IMG/VR virus record: IMGVR_UViG_3300028888_005256
Strand: one strand, 5' to 3'
Length of the DNA stretch: 64,000 nucleotides
From: a virus
Lineage: Duplodnaviria > Heunggongvirae > Uroviricota > Caudoviricetes
Part shown: positions 1 to 9,569 of the stretch, one piece after another
Layout of the letters: every line of letters starts with the position of its first letter
How positions within the stretch are numbered: the stretch's first letter is position 1
Program-made: the position numbers and the translations under genes
The notes under the pieces: generated by a model
What the model saw: the letters and a program-made list of their open reading frames with translations, nothing else
Told to the model about the DNA's origin: nothing
The model's database searches: none

Positions 1-1342
1 AGTCCTCTATAAGAGCATTCATTGTCTCTGAGACAGTATCTTTTTCTTGCACGTACTTTTCTGAAACAAAGTCTTTTAGAGGAGCAGTCTTCGGAATATA
101 TGGCATAGAAGTAGCAGATGAGTCTGCATCTTCTGTGTCTGCTGAATCTTCTGAAGAAATTTTATCGTATCTGTTGAAGTCTGCTGATTCATTTCTAACA
201 AGAAGATTTTTGAATGCTACGCTTGCATCTTGATTAAGCGACTGATTAAAGTCTTTTGGATCTACATAGTCACCTGCAGCTGCAAGTCTAATCCAAACAT
301 AAGTGTTCTTAAGCCAATACTGCAGGCCAGCAGGAAAGCTTAATGTATTATCCTCTGCTTCTGAACTATACTTGGAATTGAGAAACTCTTCAAAAAGTGT
401 TCTACCATTAGAGTCAGCGAACAAGTTTTCTCTAAGACTGCTAGCACTTATCCTATCATGGCCAACTATAGAGTTGATAAGAGACTGTGTTATGATTCGT
501 TGAGTCCAATTATCTGAGTCAAAAAGATTGAAGCAAATTCTAGTGTAGACAGAAAAATCTGAGCCAAATACAAGAGACTTTTCAAATACGGTATCTTTGT
601 TTGAGAGAATAATGCTAGAACTTTTGCATATAGACAAAAGACTGTCTTCTGCTGCAACTGTTGGGTATACATGACCATCATCAACAAGTCGTCCAAGATT
701 TAATGGAACTCTCTCTGGTCTAAAAAAAGAAAAGATTGGCCTATCGTTACTTGTTCCTGCCTCTTTGTTGAAAGTAGCTTCGTAAGAGTCTGTGTCTACC
801 TTTTCAGACACAGAGCTGTATGCTTTCATGTCAGCAAAATCTTTTGTATCTCTTGGCTGTATAGCAGAGTCTTTTTTAGCTATTTTTAAGGTTATTTTAT
901 TAGATAATACGGATAATGATCTATTAAGCAGGTCTACATTAGTAGAGAGGCTAGAATTAGGAATACTTATTGGGTTCTTGACATCGATCTTTTCACTTTT
1001 AGCTCTAAGATCGTAAATCGGAGGTGTTGCATCAATTGCGTAAGTATTGAAGTCTTCTACTTTTGAAGTAATGCTCAGTTTGCCGCCAGAGTACAAAGAC
1101 TTCTGGAAAAGGAAAGTATCTCTATCAAGTTTTGTGCCTCTGACAATACCATCATTGGCAACCATGTCTTCATTAAACTTTTTGCACCAGAGAATAGGAT
1201 AGCCGTCACTATCGTATCCTTCAATAAGCAAATCATGCAAGTTTGCTAGACAGATGCTAGCTTTATCTTGAGTAGGGGCTAAAGAAGCTCTCCATTCATC
1301 TTTCTTTATCGCTGCAAAGTTATTCTCATCTAATACTGCCAT
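1..1342 (-). CDS. hypothetical protein, 5'-complete, runs off the left edge of the window (>446 aa)
   Basis: Manual minus-strand translation from ATG at 1342..1340 is open to position 1. Frame checked by hand at several places. The track ORFs 303-503, 490-696 and 792-1016 are short overlapping shadow frames. No obvious SD. Confidence 0.45.
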   Translation of the reverse strand, partial: MAVLDENNFAAIKKDEWRASLAPTQDKASICLANLHDLLIEGYDSDGYPILWCKKFNEDMVANDGIVRGTKLDRDTFLFQKSLYSGGKLSITSKVEDFNTYAIDATPPIYDLRAKSEKIDVKNPISIPNSSLSTNVDLLNRSLSVLSNKITLKIAKKDSAIQPRDTKDFADMKAYSSVSEKVDTDSYEATFNKEAGTSNDRPIFSFFRPERVPLNLGRLVDDGHVYPTVAAEDSLLSICKSSSIILSNKDTVFEKSLVFGSDFSVYTRICFNLFDSDNWTQRIITQSLINSIVGHDRISASSLRENLFADSNGRTLFEEFLNSKYSSEAEDNTLSFPAGLQYWLKNTYVWIRLAAAGDYVDPKDFNQSLNQDASVAFKNLLVRNESADFNRYDKISSEDSADTEDADSSATSMPYIPKTAPLKDFVSEKYVQEKDTVSETMNALIED

Positions 1343-1368
1343 ACTAAAAATTAGTAAAGCAGAAGACT

Positions 1369-1746
1369 CTAATATGAATCAATTACATTTTCTGTGACAG
1401 GCTTAATGTACTGTTCTTCTATGAATTCTGCCAATTCAGTTTCTGCTTCAGCGTCAATCTGACCGAGCATTTTAGAAAATTCTGGATTAAGCTCAATTGA
1501 GCTTTCAGTGTTTGTGATAAGATTTCCGTTTGCGTCTTCTTTTTCATCTTTTACTGATACGCTTAATGTACCGATGTAAGGGATCTCGATCTTTCTGACA
1601 GGACCTTCTTGGCTCGAAAGCTTCATGAACCATGAGAACAATGTATAGTCCCAGATTTGTTTTACTATCGACTGCTTAACGCCGAAGAGACTGCAAACAT
1701 CTTGCATAAGGTCTTTTGTATTTTTAGACTCGAAGAATTCTTTCAT
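1369..1746 (-). CDS. hypothetical protein (about 125 aa)
   Basis: Track ORF 1369..1821 trimmed to the internal ATG (MKEFFESK...) so that it does not overlap the upstream helicase stop at 1766. Confidence 0.4.
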   Translation of the reverse strand: MKEFFESKNTKDLMQDVCSLFGVKQSIVKQIWDYTLFSWFMKLSSQEGPVRKIEIPYIGTLSVSVKDEKEDANGNLITNTESSIELNPEFSKMLGQIDAEAETELAEFIEEQYIKPVTENVIDSY

Positions 1747-1765
1747 AATAATTAATATTAACTCA

Positions 1766-3661
1766 TTATAATGACATAGACTCTTGGAAATTGAACAGTT
1801 TCTTCCACATGTCTGCTTCAATGTAGTCTTTATTCATAAGAGAGTTCATAGTCTCGCCCTTTGTCTTCAAGTTCAACTCCTGAAGATTATCGATGCTGTC
1901 ATTATATCGCACTTTATATGTATTTACTATGTGATCTACGCCAGGCCTATGAATTCGTCCTAAAGACTGGTCGTAGTCTACATAATTGTAAGTAGACTCT
2001 ACATACACTGCAAAAGCACATTCAATCAAAGTAAGAGAAGTGTTCATAACATTTATAGATGCTATAAGCAATTTTTTGTCTGGGCTTTTAAGAAAGTCAT
2101 TTACAATTGTTAGTCTACTCTCTTTTTCAGTCTCAGCACCTATTTGAACTGGCTTATACTTTGCAAACTTTCTCATAAGAGATGTAGCAGTGTCTGGGTG
2201 ATAATACCAAAGAATTCCTTTCTCTTCGTATTCATTCACTCTTTCATCGACTATTGTGTCAACCAGATCAAGCTTAGTAGAGTCTTTCTCATAATTAAAG
2301 TTCTGAATTGCTTTTTTCAAATCATCAGGCATATTCTTGAATTGAGCACTTCTAAGCAAAGATGATGGGTTGTCTACACTTAATTGCAAGAATGGGAAGA
2401 TGCTGACAATTTTATGTGTGACATTGGCGCCTGTGAATTTTGCAGCTTCTTGTGCTTGTTGGACGCCCCACTGAGACAGCTTCTGATAGATTTCTCTCTG
2501 TTTCTTGCTCATGTCTACATAGAATGGCTTATGAATAATATGCTCAGGCAAGTCGAGACACTCTTTGCCTCTTTTAGTGCCATATACATCAAGAAGTTTT
2601 TTGTTCAATTCTCCGATTTTGTCTAGACGCCATTTCTCTGGATTTATAGCCCATTGAGAATAGACTGTGCCAACTTCATTGTATTCTGCACACCACTCTT
2701 GATATCCAAGACCATCTACAAGATCTTTGTCTAGATTCTTGCAAAGAGGATAAAGTTTTTCATATCTATCTGCAGGTGTAGCTGAGAACAGATATCTGAA
2801 CTTAAACTCCTGAATAGCCCAATTCATGATAGCTGAACGCCTTGAGCTTACGTGAGAAAGACAATGAACCTCATCAAGGAAAATGCACCCGTCTTTGCCG
2901 CCAAGCCACTCTTTAATTGGCATAAAAGACTTTCTGTAGTCTACTTTTGCAGACGGCTTCGGCTTCCTTTTTGTGCCTTTTGCTTTATCATAATAAAAGT
3001 TGCTTACTGTTTTCAAGAAGTCATAAGTCATTACAAAAACTTTTTGCGGGTACTTTTCTGTGTTGAAGATGTCTCTATCTTCATAGTCTGCACTTGCTGC
3101 TGACGAAAATGTAATAATGTCCTCTGGCTTAAGAGTCTTTGAAAACTTTAAAATCTCATTCTGCACATTAAGAACGCCGATATTCGAGGAGAACACGATG
3201 CACTTGTCAAAATCATTATAAAACCAACCATGAGACAAAATTGCAGAAAGTGCGTAACTTTTACCGAGGCCCATTCGCCAGTTGAACAGAAAACGATTCT
3301 GATTCATTGAGCGCACTATGTCTACTATTTGGAAGTCTTCATACGGGTGTTTCCCTACAAGAGGCGGAAAGTTGAGGAGCTCTTGATGCCAAGACTTTCT
3401 TTTTCTAGACAAGACTAATTCTTTCAAAGATGCCTTATACTTTTCAAGCTCTTTTTCTGACTCATAGTCAATGTCTACATAATCACCCATAGCTTCTGCA
3501 CGTTCTTTAAGCATTGAGTACTTTGTTATAGGGAGTTCCCATTTCTTTGTATCAGGCTTAAAATTTGCTCTAAACGACTTGAGCAAATCAATCATTTCAT
3601 GAAAATTATCACCTGATACTGCAGCGTAAACTTTATCTTTCTCAATTTCAATGCTAATCAT
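1766..3661 (-). CDS. SNF2/DEAD-like superfamily-2 helicase
   Basis: Motif I GLGKS (WRMGLGKSYA), motif II DEVH (FLDEVHCLSH), C-terminal helicase motif VI QSLGRIHRPG. 631 aa. Confidence 0.8.
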   Translation of the reverse strand: MISIEIEKDKVYAAVSGDNFHEMIDLLKSFRANFKPDTKKWELPITKYSMLKERAEAMGDYVDIDYESEKELEKYKASLKELVLSRKRKSWHQELLNFPPLVGKHPYEDFQIVDIVRSMNQNRFLFNWRMGLGKSYALSAILSHGWFYNDFDKCIVFSSNIGVLNVQNEILKFSKTLKPEDIITFSSAASADYEDRDIFNTEKYPQKVFVMTYDFLKTVSNFYYDKAKGTKRKPKPSAKVDYRKSFMPIKEWLGGKDGCIFLDEVHCLSHVSSRRSAIMNWAIQEFKFRYLFSATPADRYEKLYPLCKNLDKDLVDGLGYQEWCAEYNEVGTVYSQWAINPEKWRLDKIGELNKKLLDVYGTKRGKECLDLPEHIIHKPFYVDMSKKQREIYQKLSQWGVQQAQEAAKFTGANVTHKIVSIFPFLQLSVDNPSSLLRSAQFKNMPDDLKKAIQNFNYEKDSTKLDLVDTIVDERVNEYEEKGILWYYHPDTATSLMRKFAKYKPVQIGAETEKESRLTIVNDFLKSPDKKLLIASINVMNTSLTLIECAFAVYVESTYNYVDYDQSLGRIHRPGVDHIVNTYKVRYNDSIDNLQELNLKTKGETMNSLMNKDYIEADMWKKLFNFQESMSL

Positions 3662-3697
3662 AAGATTTAAAATATTAACAAAGAGAACTAATTTTCT

Positions 3698-4543
3698 ATG
3701 AATGAACGTTATATGCCATCAAGTGACTTGCATTACAGTCAAGAAGTGCTGAATGCATTCAATAATGACATAATAGACTACTTATACAATCTAGAACCAG
3801 CTTCGAACAATTTGTTTTGGGCAGGAAACTTCTGCAACCATGAAGTTGACACTGGCAAAGATAATAATCACGAACAGCTTAGATCTACTGCTACTTATGG
3901 AAAAATGTTCTCAAATGCACAGTTCAGAATACAAGCGGTCTCTTTTAATTTTCCAAAATTTGAATATAAAGAGCATGAGCAGCTTCGAATTAAGTTGATT
4001 GACTCAATATCTGACGCAAAAGAAGTGACTATTGAATGGAAGGAAGACGTCTGGCGATCTGTGCAGAAGTATCATTTAGACTGGCAAAACAGATGGTACG
4101 ATAGACATAATGATGTTTTAAGAGTCGGTCCAATAAATAAGTATCGTGGCTTAGATGTTGTCTTGTTTCACTATATAGACTCTGTCTCTACTGATGCAGG
4201 AATTGTTGTACCACACGCTGAGCCTATTTGTATGTTCAGAATTAGAGGTCTTACACCGCAAGACATTGGCGACATGAATCTTAAATTCAATGAGAGCGGG
4301 AATGCTGATGCGTTAGTTTGTAAATACGGCGTAAACAAAATTGAGTGGCTCTTCAATGAAAATTTGATCGGTGCTGCAGGACAAAACTATACTATTGCAG
4401 ACATGAAAGATCCAAAAGAAAAAGGCACTGTATGGAATCCTTCTATAGGCCATGAAACTGCAGATGCAAAGAAGCTTTCAGAACTTGGAAGAATTCAGCA
4501 AACATTGCTTAGCACTCTCATATCTGAAGGAGTCATTACATAA
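3698..4543 (+). CDS. hypothetical protein
   Basis: 281-aa ORF with no antisense competitor; first of a co-directional block. Confidence 0.5.
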   Translation: MNERYMPSSDLHYSQEVLNAFNNDIIDYLYNLEPASNNLFWAGNFCNHEVDTGKDNNHEQLRSTATYGKMFSNAQFRIQAVSFNFPKFEYKEHEQLRIKLIDSISDAKEVTIEWKEDVWRSVQKYHLDWQNRWYDRHNDVLRVGPINKYRGLDVVLFHYIDSVSTDAGIVVPHAEPICMFRIRGLTPQDIGDMNLKFNESGNADALVCKYGVNKIEWLFNENLIGAAGQNYTIADMKDPKEKGTVWNPSIGHETADAKKLSELGRIQQTLLSTLISEGVIT

Positions 4544-4992
4544 TGTCAAGTAGCATAATAGAAAGAAACTTAGCAGAACTTAGCTCTGCTATGGCAGCAA
4601 ACATCAGCTATACAGATTTGAGTTACAAGCCTCTTGGAAAAGACGGAATAGCACTTTCTCTTGAAAAACCGATTCTCAATGCATACAAATTGTGGCTCCA
4701 GTCTGTGAAGAGAGACTACATAAGAGAGCCTAATAAAGGCGGAATATTCTCAAATATGCTTCGTGAATATCCATTTGATCCTTCATCAGAGCCTCTTATA
4801 GAGACATTGATACGACAAACTACTGAAACAGAATATCCATCTATAAAGCTTCTTGACGTGAAAGTAAAATGCAATCGTAAAGAAAGAAAATGGGAGATTG
4901 CTGTAGTTGTTTCCGATAAGCTTACAGGTCTTGTCTCTTTTGAAGACATGGCAAATATGAATTTTTCTATAGATGCAGTAGAACACTACTAA
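4543..4992 (+). CDS. hypothetical protein
   Basis: GAAGGAG SD upstream; start overlaps previous stop (TAATG coupling). Confidence 0.55.
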   Translation: MSSSIIERNLAELSSAMAANISYTDLSYKPLGKDGIALSLEKPILNAYKLWLQSVKRDYIREPNKGGIFSNMLREYPFDPSSEPLIETLIRQTTETEYPSIKLLDVKVKCNRKERKWEIAVVVSDKLTGLVSFEDMANMNFSIDAVEHY

Positions 4993-4998
4993 ATTTTT

Positions 4999-5475
4999 AT
5001 GAATGAAGAAAATTTGCAGCTTGAAGAAGCTCCTGCACCAACAGATAATCAGCAACCAATTGACTCAAAGCAAGTAGATGCCGCTCTCGATGCTCAAGCA
5101 GAGCCTGCTATTCAATTTGAATCTGGCAATTTCGATTCTATTGACACTCTTGCAGAGAGAATAGCAACAAAGTCTACTGCTATCTCTAAGACAATAATTC
5201 CGCTTATCTATGCAGCTTTGATTGAGCTTCTCGGCAACTCTCAAGCTTTTACAGCTACAATGTTTCAAGCAGATTTTGATGAGACATCGGGTTCTTTCAA
5301 TGTAGAGACTCAATTCGATGTACCGCTTTGGATTGGTCTAGATATTCCAACAGATGCAATTCAAAAAGATAGCACATACGTACTTGAGCGAATAAGTGCT
5401 GTGAAAGATGCAAAGTTTACTAAATGCGAAATTGACTGCAAAGAGGGAACACTTAAAGTAAACTTTACAATCTAA
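4999..5475 (+). CDS. hypothetical acidic protein
   Basis: 158-aa ORF followed by an intrinsic terminator. Confidence 0.5.
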   Translation: MNEENLQLEEAPAPTDNQQPIDSKQVDAALDAQAEPAIQFESGNFDSIDTLAERIATKSTAISKTIIPLIYAALIELLGNSQAFTATMFQADFDETSGSFNVETQFDVPLWIGLDIPTDAIQKDSTYVLERISAVKDAKFTKCEIDCKEGTLKVNFTI

Positions 5476-5508
5476 ACAAAAATATCTTGACATATTAGAA
5501 AATTTTAG

Positions 5509-5537
5509 AAGTCGGAAGTAACATTCCGACTTTTTTG
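5509..5537 (+). terminator. rho-independent terminator
   Basis: GTCGGAA-gtaaca-TTCCGAC hairpin followed by TTTTTTG. Confidence 0.7.
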
Positions 5538-5573
5538 TTATTCTCATATTAAGGAAATTTGAAAACTCTTCAG

Positions 5574-5600
5574 TTTTTCTATTATATTATTATCGTAACT
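5574..5600 (+). promoter_or_regulatory. conserved phage promoter motif TTTTTCTATTATATTATTATC (extended -10 class)
   Basis: Same about 20-nt motif recurs seven times in the window, always 15-25 nt upstream of an SD and start codon. Here it is followed by GGGAGG and ATG 5624. Confidence 0.55.
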
Positions 5601-5623
5601 ATACTTTGGGAGGTTTTTCAAAG

Positions 5624-5815
5624 ATGGAAAAGACAATAAAAATCTTGATGGATAGAGACGGGATCTCTTATGAAGAGGCAAAGAAAGAAGTTCTTGCTTT
5701 TATTTCTGATGCGCAGGAAGCTCTTGCAAATGGTGAAGACGGTGATTACATTGATGAGCTGTTGATGGACACTCTTGGTCTTGAGCCTGATTTCATTCCT
5801 GATTTGCTTTTTTAA
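5624..5815 (+). CDS. small hypothetical protein (63 aa)
   Basis: Track start 5606 is TTG; ATG at 5624 sits 9 nt after GGGAGG. Confidence 0.45.
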   Translation: MEKTIKILMDRDGISYEEAKKEVLAFISDAQEALANGEDGDYIDELLMDTLGLEPDFIPDLLF

Positions 5816-5826
5816 GGAGATTGCTC

Positions 5827-6459
5827 ATGACTTACGAATCAAAAACATTTGAAGAAATCTTTGCAAATGAGATTTCTAAGATTTCAGATCCCTCTGTAAA
5901 AGAAATTGTATCTAAAGTTTTTGCTCATGTAAATGAAGCACACAAAACAGAACCTGCATCAGCTACTGGCAAGTATCACCCTCTTTGTTCTACTGGCAAT
6001 GGTGGTCTTGTTCGACATACAAAATTTGTTGTCCAAGTTCTTGTAGACTTTTTGCGAGCAACACCTTCTCTTGAATATGAAAGTGATTTGCTTATTGCTG
6101 CAGCTATCCTTCATGACATGATGAAGTATCCCGATGGTGCAGACAGCAAAACAAACTTTGGACATCCAACTGATATGGCAAATCTTATTCGTACGACTTG
6201 CCCTAATGATGAGAAAGCAGATACTATCGCTCGTCTTGTAGAGTCTCATCAGGGCATCTGGACAACTGCAAGATATGCACCCGGCAAGCACAATCGAGCA
6301 CCTGAGAAGTTTGATGAGTATGTTTTGCATTATGCAGACTATGTTGCATCAAGACCTTATCTAAATGTCTTTTTTGATGAGTCTGGCGAGATGATTCTTG
6401 ACACAGACAAAAGAGACGCAATTATTGCAGAGAGGTCGAACAATGATAAATCTAAGTAA
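5827..6459 (+). CDS. HD-domain phosphohydrolase-like protein
   Basis: AAGGAGA SD; H...HD signature (AAAILHDMMKYPDG) with additional His residues. Family assignment is by motif only. Confidence 0.5.
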   Translation: MTYESKTFEEIFANEISKISDPSVKEIVSKVFAHVNEAHKTEPASATGKYHPLCSTGNGGLVRHTKFVVQVLVDFLRATPSLEYESDLLIAAAILHDMMKYPDGADSKTNFGHPTDMANLIRTTCPNDEKADTIARLVESHQGIWTTARYAPGKHNRAPEKFDEYVLHYADYVASRPYLNVFFDESGEMILDTDKRDAIIAERSNNDKSK

Positions 6460-6760
6460 ATTCAATGCTGAAGATGTTGTTCGTCTTCTCAATGGCACAG
6501 AAACATACTTTGAAAGATGTGTTGGCTACTGCAATCTTCATTACACTTTCTTGACTATCACGCAATTGAAAAGCAAACAGTGTCTTCGTAAGCAATGCAA
6601 GCATCTTCAAAAAATCGAAACTCATCAGTTCTGGATTGATCGAGAAGCGAAGAAGCAAGCAAAGAAAGAAAAGAAAGAATGGGACAAATATGTTGAGCAG
6701 AACAAAGCTCGACATTCAAAGAAAGAATACAAGACAATTGAGGGAAAGCAAGAGAAATAG
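6443..6760 (+). CDS. hypothetical Cys/Lys-rich small protein
   Basis: Start at ATG 6443 with GAGAGG SD; overlaps upstream gene end by a few codons; C-terminal Lys-rich tail. Confidence 0.35.
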   Translation: MINLSKFNAEDVVRLLNGTETYFERCVGYCNLHYTFLTITQLKSKQCLRKQCKHLQKIETHQFWIDREAKKQAKKEKKEWDKYVEQNKARHSKKEYKTIEGKQEK

Positions 6761-6812
6761 AGAATATTTTTACTAAATTTCCGAAAACATTGTTAATTTA
6801 ATTTATATATAC

Positions 6813-6841
6813 TTGCAAAATATGAGTTTAGCATCTATAAT
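6813..6841 (+). promoter_or_regulatory. sigma70-like promoter
   Basis: TTGCAA, a 17-nt spacer, then TATAAT; followed by a leader about 125 nt long containing the palindrome ATCTCAattcTGAGAT before gene 6974. Confidence 0.55.
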
Positions 6842-6973
6842 GAGTGATAAACAGTAGTTGGCGTTGCCATACGAAAAACTTCATTCTTAGCTTTACTCAT
6901 AAAAATAATCTTTTTTTATTAGCTGCAAACTATCTCAATTCTGAGATTACCTGTAGCTTAAGGAGAAACAAGT

Positions 6974-7669
6974 ATGGATAATACTTTTTCTATGGCACGC
7001 GTTATCGATCCGCGTACAACTCTTATGTCAACTGTCCTTGAAAATGACAGAAATCCCTCAGACAGTAAAAAAGGCTTCTTTTGTCAAAAAGAAAATGGCA
7101 AATTTGACAAGAAAGAACGAATTTCTCGCCTTTCAAAAGCTCTTGTAGACAACATCAATCGTCTTACACCGCAGTTCAAAGCAGTTTATGTTCACAAGCC
7201 AGATCAGGAAGTTTTGCGTCTTGACAAGACCAATGCATTCTACACAATTGAAGTTTACAATGCAAATTGCAACTACGAAGGCTATATAAAGCCAATCATT
7301 CGTCTTGGTGCAGATGGTCTTCCTTCTATCAATTACAAGTTTGCTTTCACATCAGTTGGCTGTAAGCATATCAGTCCGAGAAAGAATGGCGTCGATTGTC
7401 AGCCGCAGCAACTCGCAAGATATGGAAACAAATTTGTTCTTCTTGCAAGCTACAATGCCGACTTTACATTCAAGTACATTGTTCTCATAAATCTTGCAAA
7501 ATTGATTGATTGGCATCAGAATGAGTACAGCAAGACAAATCCAGTAGGCTTCAAGGGTCAGGGCTTTGGCTACAAAGAGTACAAAGTTCTTCTTGAAGAG
7601 AACAGAAAAGATGTTTTCTATCCGCTGTACGGAGAAACGCAGCTAATCGCAGACTCAGCAAGCTGGTAA
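6974..7669 (+). CDS. hypothetical protein
   Basis: AAGGAGAAA SD; 231 aa; followed by a terminator. Confidence 0.55.
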   Translation: MDNTFSMARVIDPRTTLMSTVLENDRNPSDSKKGFFCQKENGKFDKKERISRLSKALVDNINRLTPQFKAVYVHKPDQEVLRLDKTNAFYTIEVYNANCNYEGYIKPIIRLGADGLPSINYKFAFTSVGCKHISPRKNGVDCQPQQLARYGNKFVLLASYNADFTFKYIVLINLAKLIDWHQNEYSKTNPVGFKGQGFGYKEYKVLLEENRKDVFYPLYGETQLIADSASW

Positions 7670-7697
7670 TTGCTTTGTCATAGATAAAATCCCTTAA

Positions 7698-7730
7698 AAA
7701 GCTCTCTCAAAAGGAGAGCTTTTCTTTTTC
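7698..7730 (+). terminator. rho-independent terminator
   Basis: AGCTCTCTC-aaaa-GGAGAGCT hairpin followed by TTTCTTTTTC. Confidence 0.7.
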
Positions 7731-7761
7731 TCCACTAATTTTTATTATAGGAAGATTTTTA

Positions 7762-8223
7762 ATGCATAGACGAAGTGCTGATGATGAAGAATGGCAAAAG
7801 ACTAAAAAGATCGTAAGAGAAAGAGACAAATACTCATGCCGTCTATGCGGTTGCTTAACGCCTGGCGAATACAAGCTCTCATCCTCGAATTGTGCAAATA
7901 AACAACTATTGCAAGCGTCAGATTGTGCTCATGCTGAAGCAGTTGGGACTCATCCAGACAAAGTCTATGATGCAGACCAAATTTTCTTTCTTTGCAGATT
8001 CCATCATAGGTCTATGGATAGTGGAACAAATCCTGTAACTCTAGAGCACATGGGCTATAATGAGCAATGGTACTGGTGGTATCGAATAAAAAATAGAACA
8101 GCAGAAAAGTACGATGAGACAATAGACTATAATGAACTGTTTTTAGAGAATAAAGTATTAGAAAAGCCCAAAGAAGAAGAAAAACCAAAAAAGTCTTTGA
8201 GTGACATCATTGCATATTTGTAA
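7762..8223 (+). CDS. HNH-family endonuclease-like protein
   Basis: CxxC...CAHAE...LCRFHH pattern (Cys pairs plus His/Asn/His spacing typical of HNH); free-standing between two terminators. Confidence 0.5.
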   Translation: MHRRSADDEEWQKTKKIVRERDKYSCRLCGCLTPGEYKLSSSNCANKQLLQASDCAHAEAVGTHPDKVYDADQIFFLCRFHHRSMDSGTNPVTLEHMGYNEQWYWWYRIKNRTAEKYDETIDYNELFLENKVLEKPKEEEKPKKSLSDIIAYL

Positions 8224-8255
8224 AAATAAGCCGAGCATTTAGCTCGGCTTTTTAA
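8222..8255. terminator. bidirectional intrinsic terminator between convergent genes
   Basis: AAGCCGAGC-attt-AGCTCGGCTT hairpin flanked by an A-tract on the 5' side and a T-tract on the 3' side. Confidence 0.7.
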
Positions 8256-8258
8256 TTG

Positions 8259-8840
8259 CTACTTCAATACATCAATCATCATTGACTGAGAGAAGAACTC
8301 GTTTCCTGCATCTTTCAAAGTTTTGAATTCTCCATTTCTGTAGTCATTCATAAACAAAATTGCTGGTGAGTTCATTTTATATCTTACAAACGGACCAATT
8401 GGTTTTCTTGTATTCGGATCCAATTCTTGCAAGATAAAGATGTCTTTCAATGCAATGACTTTATCAATCTGCCAAAGTTTATAGACTTCTCTTTTCTCAG
8501 CTTTGAAAAGCTTGTTAATTGGTGTGCCAGACTCTACTTTTTTTGCAAGTTCTTCTTTTGAAAGCTCATGCACTTCGTAAGTTGTCTCAATAAGCAAAGG
8601 ATAATGCTTCTCTACTAAGAACATCTTAATGTCATGCACAAAGTCTTTCGGCTGCTTTGAGTAGTCCCATTCGAAGAAGTACTTCTGACCAGTGTTCTCA
8701 TGAATGATAAAAACACCATCTTTCCCGTTGTTCAAGCAGGTCTGAATGGAAAACATTACGGGACATTTATCACAGAAGCCAAGAAGTTTTTTCATGGTCT
8801 GCTGTTTCCATTTCTGACCATTTATTGATGAATATACCAT
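8259..8840 (-). CDS. hypothetical protein
   Basis: ATG 8840 preceded by AGAGG SD; 193 aa. Confidence 0.5.
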   Translation of the reverse strand: MVYSSINGQKWKQQTMKKLLGFCDKCPVMFSIQTCLNNGKDGVFIIHENTGQKYFFEWDYSKQPKDFVHDIKMFLVEKHYPLLIETTYEVHELSKEELAKKVESGTPINKLFKAEKREVYKLWQIDKVIALKDIFILQELDPNTRKPIGPFVRYKMNSPAILFMNDYRNGEFKTLKDAGNEFFSQSMMIDVLK

Positions 8841-8853
8841 TAAAGCCTCTTAC

Positions 8854-9153
8854 TTACTCAGCTTTCTCATTCTCAAGATACAGGTCAATCTTTGCAAGAA
8901 TGTCGTACAATGCGTCATCAACATTTGAAGGATCATCTGCATCTTTAGCCGACTTCCAATGTTTGTAAGCCTCTTTAATATGCTTTGGCTTCATTCCATG
9001 AGATTTTGCATACTCAGCAAAAGCATCATTGTTGTCTTTCTTTAGCATCTTAATCTGTGAATTGAGAGCTGTAATGCGCTCTTCCTGCTCAAATGCTTTC
9101 TCAAACTCACCAATAAGACCTGCTACTGAAAAATCTGTTACGACTTCGTCCAT
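8854..9153 (-). CDS. hypothetical protein
   Basis: AAGGAG SD upstream; 99 aa. Confidence 0.45.
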   Translation of the reverse strand: MDEVVTDFSVAGLIGEFEKAFEQEERITALNSQIKMLKKDNNDAFAEYAKSHGMKPKHIKEAYKHWKSAKDADDPSNVDDALYDILAKIDLYLENEKAE

Positions 9154-9194
9154 ATAATCATATTCTCCTTAAAATGATTTTGTTATTATAAATA

Positions 9195-9569
9195 TTAACT
9201 GATTGTTGCATTCTGAACAACTTCGTTAATATGTCCAATTACCTTTTTGAAAGACTCAAGAGCCGACTTTTTGTCGTGAAAAAGACCTGCAGTAACATCA
9301 AGTCTTACAGTCATAAATGTCTCTTTTCCTGCACTGTTTTTCTGCTTGATTCTATGCATCTTACCATTTTCTTCTACGAGTGCATAGAAATTTGCAATCT
9401 TCTCTGTAGTTGTATGCTGCTTGATATACTTGTCAAACTCGTATGCATCAAAGCTTACTGAGTCTGAAGCTGCTTCGTATGCTACGCTATAAAGCACATC
9501 ACCAGCTTTCAAATTAGAAAAATTGCTCTTTCCAGTCTCCCCAGAATCTGCACCTGTTCTCAATTTCAT
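9195..9569 (-). CDS. hypothetical protein
   Basis: 124 aa; 4-nt overlap with the primase gene stop (translational coupling). Confidence 0.45.
   Translation of the reverse strand: MKLRTGADSGETGKSNFSNLKAGDVLYSVAYEAASDSVSFDAYEFDKYIKQHTTTEKIANFYALVEENGKMHRIKQKNSAGKETFMTVRLDVTAGLFHDKKSALESFKKVIGHINEVVQNATIS

Noticed and set aside
303-1016. Track ORFs 303-503 (+), 490-696 (-) and 792-1016 (+)
   Set aside because: All lie inside a single uninterrupted minus-strand reading frame running from 1342 to the window edge. They are short overlapping shadow frames.
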